This document shows positions 52,565 to 64,000 of a DNA stretch of 64,000 nucleotides, in pieces (the first letter of the stretch is position 1; the number at the start of each line of letters is the position of its first letter). The DNA comes from Malacoraja senta. Taxonomy: Eukaryota. The stretch is taken from the NCBI GenBank assembly GCA_038087875.1, contig CM075991.1:5022001-5086000 (forward strand). Reading direction: 5' to 3'. The translations under genes and the position numbers were made by a program. The notes under the pieces were generated by a model. That model saw only the letters and a program-made list of their open reading frames with translations, searched no databases and had not been told where the DNA came from.

Positions 52565-52758
52565 TGTTTAAGAAGGTACTGCAGATGCTGGAAAATCGAA
52601 GGTAGACAAAAATGCTGGAGAAACTCAGCGGGTGAGGCAGCATCTATGGAGCGAAGGAAATAGACAACGTTTCAGGTCTGAAGAAGGGTCCCGACCCGAA
52701 ACATTGCCTATTTCCTTCGCTCCATAGATGCTGCCTCACCCGCTGAGTTTCTCCAGCA
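52565..52758. mobile_element. Fold-back pair of Penelope-derived termini with hammerhead-like core (~52676-52712)
   Basis: Inverted arms; aggt-ctgaaga-agggtc-cc-gaccc-gaaac; flanking gagtgggttg duplication. Confidence 0.75.
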
Positions 52759-53699
52759 TAGCGAGTGGGTTGATACATTATGCAGAACTGCAAATTTAAG
52801 GCATAGAATTTCTGAAGAAAATTTGAAGGTGCTAAGGGCTAAAGTAACTTGAAATGGATACGATCAGTGATGAACGTCGTAGTCATAGAGTTTTTTTAAC
52901 ATGGAAACAGGCCCTTCGGCCCAACTTGTCCATGCCAACCAAGACAGTCCCATTTGTCTGTGTTTGAAAACATTTGTGCTTCGGGTAAAGGCCAGTGAGG
53001 AACAGAAGGACTAAATAGGCAGTTCCTGTGCTGTAGATTCTGTATCAAGGTTGAGTCAAGGAAAAATGTTCATAAAACAAACACAAAGCAGAATCATATT
53101 GCCATGCTTATGATGCTTAAGTAGCTGAAACCCTGAAATGATGTTCAATCAATTCCTACCATAGTAAATGGGGAACTGGGTTGACTAAATAATCATGAAT
53201 GTAGAATAACTATTATTTGAAATGGTGAACCCTGGATTAGTGTGCTAATCTTTCTTAGTCATTATGCTCCTTCAGTGAAAGAAATTTGCTGTCCCTTACT
53301 CTGTCTGGCTTATACCTGACTCTGAACTTGCAGCAATTAAGATGTCATGTTTCTGCTGTACTAGATTTTGGTGAGACCACACTTGGAGTACTGTGTGGAT
53401 TTCTGGTTGTCCAGCTACAGGAAGGATGTTATGAAGCTGAGAAAGGGGCTAAAATGTTTCACAAAGATGTTATTGGACTAGAGGGCTTGAGTCACAGAGG
53501 AATGCAGCATGGAAAATGGTCTTCTTGGCCCAACTAGACTGTGCCGATCAAGTGCTCATCTACACAAATCCCATTGTGTATGACCTGTGTATGACCCACA
53601 ACCTTCTCAGCCTTCCTATCCATATACCTGTCCAAATGTCTTTTAAATATTGTTAATGAACATGCCCCAACCAATTCATCTGCAGCTCACTCGATATAT

Positions 53700-54380
53700 C
53701 TTTTAATTTCCAAAAATTAACCTTTATTCAGCATAAAAATATATACAAAACAAGAACATTGCAAAATCTCTTCAGACATTGTCAGTGTCTATACATTTAT
53801 TAGTGTTACATTCGGTAGTGGTCGCAATTATCTTTAAACCACCCATCCTTGCTACTCTTGTGGCCCCTTGGGGTGATATTCCTACTCTTGTTTGATGGAC
53901 GTCCCGCCAAACTCTGCTCCTCAACGTCCAGCAGTGGAAGGATCCTAGACTATTGTTCTACCTCCGCATCCCTCAGCAGGTACTTCTGCAGTCTGAAATG
54001 GGCCAGTAATCCTCATTCCCTCATGGGAATCTTGCTCTTCATGGAGGCCAACAAGTTTCAAGCAGACAAAAGGGTGTCTTCTAGCGAGTTGCTGATCCCC
54101 CAGTAGCACAATGTCCATTTCCAAATGTGTCCCCGGGCACAGCCCATAAATTAGAGAGTGTTACGGAGCAGTTTGGGATGAACTGTGACAAGGACCCTTG
54201 CATCATTTTTCAGACCCTCTTCACAAATCCACACTCTGAAAAGAGATGGGCAGCCCTCTTCTCTCCATTGAGCCATCCTGAGAACAGTGTGCTTCGCTAG
54301 TAAGATTTTGATGGTGCAGGAAGGATCTGATGAGAAGGGCCCTTCTCACTGCCTGCCAAGCAAGGTCTTGGTGCTTCATC
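53700..54380 (-). mobile_element. Degenerate Tx1-like LINE 3' fragment
   Basis: KHQDLAWQAVRRALLIRSFLHHQNLT...C zinc-finger-like RT C-terminus; tttatt and T-run at the left end. Confidence 0.6.
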
Positions 54381-55105
54381 CTGTGAGTAAAAAAGCTGCC
54401 CCTCAGGGCCAAGTGCTGGTCAAGAGGATTAGTATCAATATCTAGTGTATAGCCAGACTAGATATGCTGGGCTGAAGGGCCAGTTTCTCTGCTCCTTGTA
54501 TGTATGACTCTATTTCTCTATCTCACGGCACAATTTAAAGACCTATGGTATCCCATAACTAAATCATTCCTCCCTTAACTCATATAAAAATAGAAAACTG
54601 ACTTAAAGTACAATATGTTCATTGATTATTTGTGGTTGATAGAATCCTGTTTATAAATTGGTTGCTGCATTCGCTACTTAGAAATACTCACCAACTCAAA
54701 TAGAATTCATGAATGGTGAGTGCTACACGGTGATTTAATGTGGCAAAGAATTTACAAACCTTGGCGTTATGAAGTTGGCAAATGCTCACGGCTATTTTCA
54801 TTCACATGGCTCAACTCTATTCAGCTTGCAAACTGACGAACGAAATGCAGTTAGTTCCAGTGGATGATTTACAACTCAATCTGAGATCCAGAAGTGAATA
54901 GCAGTTAATCCAAAGGGCATTGAGATAACAGAAAGTTAGGTGAGAACCCAATACTGGACATTACTTGGACTGATCCACCACTGAAACGTCAGGAACTATG
55001 CAGAGGAAATTATTTCCACCATTGTCAATTCTGATCCAGCTTGGTGGCTTCAATCTTCTGTAGCCTTTTGTGACAAGTTCTTTTTGACTGACCTGTTCTG
55101 ATAAA

Positions 55106-55520
55106 GGGCTGCACGGTGACTCGGCTGATAGAGCTGCTGCCTTACAACAACAGAGACCCGGGTTCGATCCAGACCTCGGTTTCTGTCGATGTGAAGTTTG
55201 CGCATTCTCCCTGTGACTGTGTGGGTTTCCTCTGTGTGCTCCGGTGATAACATAGAAATAGTGTGACAGGCAGCATCTCTGGATAGAAAGAATGGGTGAT
55301 GTTCAGGTCGAGACCCTGCTTCAGACCCAAAATATCACCCATTCCTTCTATCCAGAGATGCTGCCTGGCCTGCTGAGTTACTCCAGCATTTTGTGCCTAT
55401 CTTTGGTTTAAACCAGCATCTGTGGTTCCTTCCTACACGGAACTAGTGTGAACAGGTGTTTGCTATTTGGTGTGGACTCGGTGGGCTGAAGAGCCTATTC
55501 CCATGATGTATCTTTCAATG
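55106..55520 (+). mobile_element. HE1-like SINE interrupted by a Penelope-derived inverted pair (~55265-55437)
   Basis: B-box gggttcgatcc, V-domain, and CR1 tail resuming after the insertion. Confidence 0.65.
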
Positions 55521-58412
55521 AAAAACATCTGAGTTTAAAACCCTTGCAAGTAGCCTGTTGGCCGTTTCTATGCATTCTACAGCCACTTCCGTTTGGTTGC
55601 TTGTTTCCCCTCATACTTGGCAAACCTCTCCCTGCAGGGCCACAAGAGATATTTCAGGTGTTTCCATTCATTAAACATGCCCAGACCACTGCAAGTGTTT
55701 TTCTTGAATCTGCGGTACAAATCCTGTTCCTTGTTCAATTTGTTTCCTTACAATATCCCTTTTGATAACGAGCCCTCTAGATTTTCACAGTATTCCTTTC
55801 AATTGTTAGTTCTCGACTTTTTCCTTGCTCTTCCATTTTGCTCATGTTGCAACAGGCAGGTCAGCATTTCAATTTGAAGTATATCATCATATGATAAATA
55901 ATTTCATTTTTTACCAAAATATCTCGAGCATTTAATAACCTGTATCATTTACAAAGAAAATAACGGTGTTCTGTGATTGCACTGGACACAATTGCAATAC
56001 TCTACTAAAGATTTTGAATCATCGCCTTCCGAATGCATGTCCTCTACCACAAGGACAGGTGAAAGAAAGTGCCTGGACCCACCACTGCCTGAGTTTACCT
56101 CCAAGTCCCACACCAGCTTGATTTGGAAATACAAATCTATGGTACAATCTGTATAGGGTCCTGGGATTACCTGACCAACAGGAATTCTTTCACCATATCA
56201 CACAGTCCATACCAATCACTATGGCAGTCCTTCAATTTCTGCGGGGCAGTTAGGGATGGGAAATAAAATTTGTCCTTGCCAGCAACTTCCATATACTGTC
56301 AACGAACAGAAAAGGATTCAATACATCTTTTGATATCTTATTTGCCTTTGTTTCCAGTGGTATTCATTGATCCATCCCATGAGCTCCAACTTCTTTCTGG
56401 TAAGATGTTATCTCTTTTACTGTGCCTCTCTAAATTCACAGTCTCGACAAATGCTATTTACTATTTTATGTAAGGGCACATCGTAGCAGACACTAAATTA
56501 CATCACCAATATCTTTCTTAAACGCGAAATTCATAATAGTTTCTACAATGAGATAACGGAAGGTATACTTCACCTCTCTATAATATTTGACCTAAACACC
56601 CCCATCAGTGTTATCTCCACTCTGACATAGTTGTTCTGGGTGTTTTTCAAGAGAGAGTTAGATTTAGCTTTGGGGGCTATTGGATGATCAGCAATGATCA
56701 TCCAGCAGATTTTGGATGATCAGCCATGATCATATTGAATGGCGGTGCTGGCTCGAAGGGCTGAATGGCCTACTCCTGCACCTATTTTCTATGTTTCCAT
56801 GTTTCTATGTTTGCTACTGTAACAAATTTCTAAGGTGTGCCAAACGTCCCATGGCTGCCAAAATATTTTTTAACCTCTACATCGATGCTGTGGCAATTGA
56901 TGGGACAAATAACCCGTTCTGTTAACACCAGTAAATGTTGAATAATGTGTGGAGGAATTCAAGGCTGGAATGAAATATTTTCATTTCTGCATTCACTTAC
57001 AAAAAAAATGATTCCATATAGATTTGTTACACTGCAGTTGGAATCTAATGATTTCTGAAATATCTTGGAATTTTATTACATTTCAATTTCGGACCTAATA
57101 CTGACGATTCTTAGGAAATACAAAACTGCTTGGCAAGGACGTTCAACGGCAGAACTTCAAATGAAAACAGCTGTTTTCCAAGTTTTCCAGTTTTCCCTTC
57201 AACATATTGTTGGAACATCGACGGAATGCTGTGCGGTGATTGCAATACAACGATTTCCTTGAGATGATTATTGTAAAGAATTCTTGATATCTGAAGCGAA
57301 ATGCGTTTTGGAATCCAATCCAGCCTGGATTGAAGCACGAAAGAATGTATATTCAGAACTTTATCTGCAGTCGGCAATACCCTTGTGAAGCCACAGAATG
57401 GACCTGATGCTCAACCATCACCTGATCCCACCACAGACCAGAAGCTCATAAATCACTACCACATTTCTAATGCTCCTATTACGTATATTATCATAAGGGC
57501 TTTCTTCCAGCATTGGCTGAGCTTCACAGTGAATTGCCAGTCATCTTTCAGCAGACTGAGTACTTTGTGAACCAATACTTTAATGATTAACCCATTTTAA
57601 CTGTTAGCTCCTAATGGTAGCAAAATTTTGGCCAAGAATTACATAAGGTGAATTTTCAAAGTACAGAAGCACAAAAACAAAAACGTATTTTGCACAAATC
57701 TCAGCTTGCATGTGGGCGAAACCTCGAACCATCTGTCACCTACTGAAGATTTGAGGAATGCTTGATGGCCTGATCAGGAATCCCGGGCATTTGGAGCACC
57801 AGACTCTGGTAGAATTCTACAGTGGGGTCAGGACTTTGCTTGGATGATCTGGAATCAGCTGCAATCAGATCATGATTCTTATATAACTTGATGGCAAATA
57901 TTGTATGTAGCCAACCTATAGATTTTGGAAATGATGCACACAAAAAAATTGGATTACTCTAAGCAATGAAGAAAGATCACGAGTGCAAAAATAGTGCCCA
58001 AGTGTGACATCAGCTCCAATCCTTCAGAAACGAAGGAGCACTGCAAGAAAGTTAGTTATCATTTGAATTCTGACTATTAATGGATTAACAAAGCTATATA
58101 GTCTAAAGAAGGAGCCCCACCTGAAATGTCACCTATCCTTTTAATCCAGAGATGCTGCCTGACTCACTGAGATACAGCGCTTTGTATCTATCTAAAGCTA
58201 TATAAGTGTTGGTCATTTTTCCAGGAGAGCACGCCTCCAGGATCTGTCCAACCTACAGTGAAGAAGCGTCAGCTATACAGGTCCTCCAGAAATGGTAACC
58301 GACCTGTTGAGTTACACCAGTACTTTGCGTTTCGCTAAACCTACAGTGACTATACTCCACGTTCACCTGAGCTGCCATATGCAGGTGATACTCATGTTTG
58401 TACAGGCTTGGA

Positions 58413-58544
58413 TGCGGTGGGAGATTGCAACCTTCACGTGGTCTGCCCTGTTTCGATGAATGCAATCAACCCGGCAAGCACAATCAAATAGAACAATTTG
58501 TCCTACAACTTTAGGCTGTGCACGCCATACGCAAGAAGAAGAAG
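58413..58544 (+). mobile_element. HDV-like-ribozyme retroposon, copy 3 (ribozyme 58414-58467, catalytic C mutated)
   Basis: 11-bp TSD acaggcttgga (58402-58412 / 58545-58555); (gaa)n tail; J4/2 is UGAA instead of CGAA. Confidence 0.9.
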
Positions 58545-59151
58545 ACAGGCTTGGAGAGCAGGCTCCAGGGCCCAGCAGGTTGAAATGCCTGTTATTAAAC
58601 CGCATAATTCTTCAACTCTATAATAAATCATTCAGTAAAGGAAATGAGAGGTTGGGCCTTACACAGCTCAACAGCTGCAAGGTGCTCTGCCGACCTGCCT
58701 CAACTACACCACGTTGCCTTCTTACAATGACAAAAACCTGGAAAATATGGGCCAATTACCTTATGTCCAGAAATACAGACGGTTCTTTCATAAGCTAGGG
58801 TGCGGTCCCCATCTGCCAACAAAGACCTGATTGCAGACCTTTGTTGCACTTCCTCTCTAACTGTAATGCCATAATGCTGTAACACTATATACTGCACTCA
58901 GTTTTTTCTCTCCTTGCACTTCCTGTTATATTCCTGTGTATGGCTTGATACATGTATAGTATGATTTGACTGGATTGAATGCAAACAATTAATTTTCACT
59001 GCATCTCGGTACATATGCCAATTACCCCAATAATAAACTGTATATCTGCCTGCACATATTCCATACCCTTTAGTTCCCTGGAAAGGAAATTGTGCAGGAC
59101 ATATGGTCATAAGAGTAATATGAGGCTCAATTCCTTTAACATATTCTGTCA

Positions 59152-62100
59152 TTTTACTTCGGTCACGTGAGTGACTACGTGAAGAACCCGCCAGGGCGCA
59201 TGCGCGACATTATCGTCTAACGCATTGCGCAGCGACAGGCGGGGAGGAGCGTTCCCCGCAGCGGTCAGCTTAAAACCAGAGACCTACAGGTAAGTTACTT
59301 ACTCTGAGGTCGTTTGGGTTGTTTTTCTGTATTATAGGAAGAACAGCGATGGACAAGACTCGAACTAAGTCCAAACGGGACACTAAAAAACTGGCTGAGG
59401 AGGACCGCGAGAGTACCGGGAGCCAGCAGCGGCCGACTGCAGCATCGCTATCTATGTGATCAGCGATCTCTGTCCCGGCACCTGTGCAGTCTGCGTCGCC
59501 ACAGGCTGACAGGAACGCCAACAGGAAGAGGGACACGCACATGGACTCCGATGTATCGGGCCATGAGCAAACGCCACCAGCAGACAGTGACAGTGGTCGC
59601 ATATCACATCTGGAGCGGCTAATGGAGCAAATGCTTCACCGTGACACACTCCGGGAGAAGGAGTCATGTCACTACGGGCCTCCTAGGATGCCCATGGCAG
59701 CACCTTTTTCAGGGCTGCACAATGTATCTCCCTCGACAGAGGGGAGCATTGGGAGTCATTTCTGGGGTGACTCCGAAGAAGGGTTGGCTGAAGATACTTC
59801 AAGCGTGCTGGGGGTGCCAGAAGAGAAGATGCTGGGAATGATAACAAAGTTTGCGGTGCCTCCACAGTCAGGGCAGCCGCTGAAACCAGATCTAGCAGCC
59901 AGCATTGACTGCCTTTCCACCCATCAATTTCAGGAACAGTCGCTCAATGAAACCACTGCAAAATACCTGGCACCAGGGAACTATATTTCACTTAATGTCC
60001 CAGCAGTGAATCCCTCCATCTGGGGACATATTGGTGCAGGTATAAGGGCACAGGAGGTGCAGATGCAGAAGATCCTCAAACTTCTAGCTTCGGGGATTAC
60101 AGCATTTGCCCGGTCGGTGGATGACTCGGAAATGACAGAGGCTCAGCAAGATGCTCTAGCACTCCTCTGCAATACACTGTTTGAAATCAACTGTTTCCGA
60201 AAGAACTCCATCCGCCCAGCCTTGAACCCCAAATTTGCGGCTCTGTGCAAGACCAACACCACACTGCCGCCAATTTTGTTATTCGGGGGCAACCTGTCCA
60301 AACAGGTTAAAGAGCTGGATGAAGAGGCGAAAGCCGCCGGGCTCATCAAGGCTCCATCGGGCAAAACACCTCGGCTACAGCACCCCTACGCATCCACCAG
60401 CAAGCCACGTCACGTCGAAGCTGGTGAAAGCTCGAAGGCCGCAACTCGAGGACAAAGGTCTTTTTTAGACCGCGGCCCAGAGCGACCTTCGTGGAAGATG
60501 CGCCAACCCCGAATTCCAGCATCTCAATCAGCCAAGAAACAGAAGAAGAAGAGATGAACACCCCACTGGTAACCATGGAGGTAGGTGGGTCTGGTTCCTC
60601 CCAGGACATAGCGGGTGCAATGGATACACTTGTTGGGGGTAGGTTACACTGGTTTTGTGAGGCATGGAGCTCAATAACCTCTGATTCTTATATACTGCAT
60701 AGTGTTCAAGGATACGAAATTGAATTCATAAACAAACACCTTCCTCCGGTTCAGCATGCACCCATCAGATCATTTATGCTATCACAACAAGAGAAGTTGG
60801 ATGGTCATGCTGAAATTAAGAGGCTTTATACTAAAGGTGTAATTGAGAGATCTCAACATGACTCTCTAGAATTTGTGTCAAACATTTTCACAACATAGAA
60901 AAAAGCTGGTGGATGTCGCATCATTATCGATTTGAGACAACTGAACACATTTGTGCAGTATACTCATTTTAAAATGGAAAACTTTGTCACGGCCAAACAA
61001 TTGATTTCCGAAGGCTACTTCATGGCATGCATCGATTTAAAAGATGCATACTATTCGGTGCCCATACACAAGGATCACCGCCGATATCTGAAGTTTAACT
61101 GGATGGGGCAGCTTTGGCAGTACAAAGCACTGCCTAATGGATTGACCTCAGCCCCCAGACTGTTCACCAAATTACTGAAACCAGCTCTGGCGTTTCTTCG
61201 GAAACAAAAACATATTGTCATGGCATAACTAGATGACATACTAATCGTGGGTAAAACCTACGAATTAGCCAAATTAGCTGTTACAGCTACCATATGTCTA
61301 TTTGAGAGACTGGGGTTTATCATACATCCAGATAAATCAAAGTTAACACCATCCACGACTATGGACTATTTGGGATTCACCATTAATTCAGTTCACATGA
61401 CTGTGACTTTACCTAGGGGAAAGGCAACTGAATTAATGGAAGTTTGAAGCAACCTTGCTGTCATCAGTCAACCATCTATCAGACAAGTAGCAAGGGTGAT
61501 TGGCAAAATCGTAGCTGCTTTTCCAGCGACACAATTTGGACCTTTGCACTATCAAAATTTACAGAGAGCAAAGGTGCAAGCACTTAAACATCATGCTGGT
61601 CATTTCGATAGACCACTGCAATTACCAACAAAATGTATTTTGGAACTCCGATGGTGGACGCATAACATTCGGCGTTCCTTCAGCTCCATTATTATTAGCA
61701 AACCGTCAGTTGTATTACAGACTGATTCCAGCGCTCAAGGTTGGGGTGCCACCAACACCATCTCCAGTTGTGGGGGCAGATGGGATGCGCATGAATCATC
61801 TTTGCTTTATACACTTGGTATAAATTATTTGGAAATGTTGGGAGCATTCTATGGTCTAAAGGCGTACTGTTCAAAAATGCATCATCTGCATGTTCGCCTG
61901 CAAATAGATAATACCACTGTGGTGGCTTATATTAATCACATGGGTGGAATCAGATCAATATTATGTGATGATCTGGCCAATTCAATCTGGCAATGGTGTA
62001 TCAAGATAAATATTTGGATATCTGCTATTTACCGACCAGGTAAACTCAATTCAGTGGCAGACACCAGGTCACGAAAATTTAATGACAACACCGAATGGAT

Positions 62101-62880
62101 GTTGGACCCCAAAGTGTTTGCAGACATCATAGCACGATATGGAACACCAGATATCGATCTATTTGCATCTAGGCTTAACCACCAGTTGCCGACATATGTT
62201 GCGTGGGAACCAGACCCTGGGGCAGCAGCGATGGACGCATTTTCGCTGCACTGGGGAAATTTGTTTTTCTATGCATTTCCCCCCTTCTGCCTCATCAGTC
62301 GGGTCTTACGCAGAATACAACAAGACTCTGCGTCAGGTATTTTGGTAGTACCGGACTGGCCTACCCAGCCATGGTTCCCTGTGGTTCTCGACATGGTTTC
62401 ACAACCATGTATGGCCGTCGCCAAATGACCAGACTTGATGGTCCATCCTGTAACTGTCGAAAGTCATCCATGCCATGACAGGACTAATCTGTTAATTTGC
62501 AGAATTTGAACAGGTCACTTCTGGGTCTTGGACTGACGGACCGAATCATCAACATGATCACGGCGGCGCAAAGAGAGTCTACCAGGAAACAGTACCTGAC
62601 TTACATCAGGAAATGGGAACTATATTGTTCCAGAACTAATATTGAGTATAACTCAGCCACCGTAACAAATGTCCTGGAGTTCCTCGCTAACCTTCATTTC
62701 GATGAAGGGCTTAGCTACAGTGCCATCAACAGCGCTAGGAGTGCCCTATCGACCTATTTGTGGCGGGAATTCGACCACCATTCTTCTGGGATCTCACCCC
62801 TTGGTTTCCAAATTAATGAGGGGTATATTCAACTCGAATCCCCCTAGGGCAAGATACTCTCACATTTGGGATGTGAGTAT
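59152..62880 (+). mobile_element. DIRS1-like tyrosine-recombinase retrotransposon (gag, RT/RNase H, methyltransferase-like domain, YR N-terminus), degenerate
   Basis: gag ~59349-60557 (RKNSIRPAL, LLFGGNL). RT ~60554-61500 (GGRL..F..AW, HFKME, IDLKDAY, LPNGLTSAPRLFTK, *LDD). RNase H TDSS..GWGA, INYLE, DNTTVVAYINHMGG. IDLFASRLN...FYAFPPF. YR start RESTRKQY...GLSYSAINSARSALS...HPLVSKLMRG. Confidence 0.92.
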
Positions 62881-64000
62881 TAGAAACATAGAAACATAGA
62901 AAATAGGTGCAGGAGTCGGCCATTCGGCCCTTCGAGCCTGCACCGCCATTCGATATGATCATGGCTGATCATCCAACTCAGTATCCCATCCCTGCCTTCT
63001 CTCCATACCGCCTGATCCCTTTAGCCACAAGGGCCACATCTAACTCCCACTTAAATAGAGCCAATGAACTGGCCTCAACTACCTTCTGTGGCTGAGAATT
63101 CCACAGATTCACCACTCTCTGTGTAAAAAATGATTTTCTCATCTCGGTCCTAAAAGACTTTCCTCTTATCCTTAAACTGTGACCCCTAGTTCTGGACTTC
63201 CCCAACATCGGGAATAATCTTCCTGAATCTAGCCTGTCCAACCCCTTAAGAATTTTGTAAGTTTCTATAAGATCCCCCCTCAATCTTCTAAATTCTAGCG
63301 TGTACAAGCCGGGTCTATCCAGTCTTTCTTCATATGAAAGTCCTGCCATCCCAGGAATCAGTCTGGTGAACCTTCTCTGTACTCCCTCTATGGCAAGAAT
63401 GTCTTTCCTCAGATTAGGAAACCAAAACTGTACGCAATACTCCAGGTGTGGTCTCACCAAGACCCTGTACAACTGCAGTAGAAACTCCCTGCTCTTATAC
63501 TCAAATCCTTTTGCTATGAATGCTAACATACCATTTGCTTTCTTCACTGCCTGCTGCACCTGCATGCCTACTTTCAATGATTGGTGTACCATGACACCCA
63601 GGTCTCGTTGCATCTCCCCTTTTCCTAATCGGCCACCATTCAGATAATAGTCTACTTTCCTGTTTTTGCCACCAAAGTGGATAACCTCACATTTATCCAC
63701 ATTATACTGCATCTGCCATGCATTTGCCCACTCACCCAACCTATCCAAGTTACCTTGCAGCCTCCTAGCATCCTCCTCACAGATAACACTGCCCCCCAGC
63801 TTCGTGTCATCTTCAAACTTGGAGATGTTGCATTCAATTCCCTCATCCAGCTCATTAATATATATTGTAAATAGCTGGGGTCCCAGCACTGAGCCTTGCG
63901 GTACCCCACTAGTCACTGCCTGCCATTCTGAAAAGGACCCGTTTACTCCTACCCTTTGCTTCCTGTCTGCCAGCCAGTTCTCTATCCACATCACTACTGA
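62881..64000 (-). mobile_element. CR1 LINE 3' part inserted into the DIRS recombinase ORF (runs off the window end)
   Basis: ORF 62978-63994 with SGVPQGSVLGP, KFEDDTK, VRPHLEYCVQFW; (TTTCTATG)n tail at 62881-62902. Confidence 0.95.

Overview
Repeat-rich vertebrate genomic DNA, almost certainly from a cartilaginous fish (skate/ray-like, inferred from HE1-type SINEs, CR1 LINEs and a GPR139-like receptor family). I can support one intact host gene, a single-exon beta-adrenergic receptor (adrb3-like, minus strand, 33492-34721), and one two-exon GPR139-like GPCR pseudogene (1764-3599). The rest is mostly mobile DNA: CR1, L1 and Tx1 LINE pieces, a DIRS element, a hAT transposon, a long-TIR MITE, SINEs and many Penelope-derived termini. 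The most striking signal is a ~135-nt retroposed element present three times (6093-6232, 24164-24291, 58413-58544), each flanked by its own target-site duplication. All three copies start at essentially the same nucleotide, which is the first base of a 54-nt sequence that folds by eye into a minimal HDV-like self-cleaving ribozyme, and they end in a stem-loop plus a (GAA)n tail. The Penelope-derived repeats separately carry minimal hammerhead-ribozyme cores, often as fold-back pairs. All calls were made by eye; no searches or folding programs were run.
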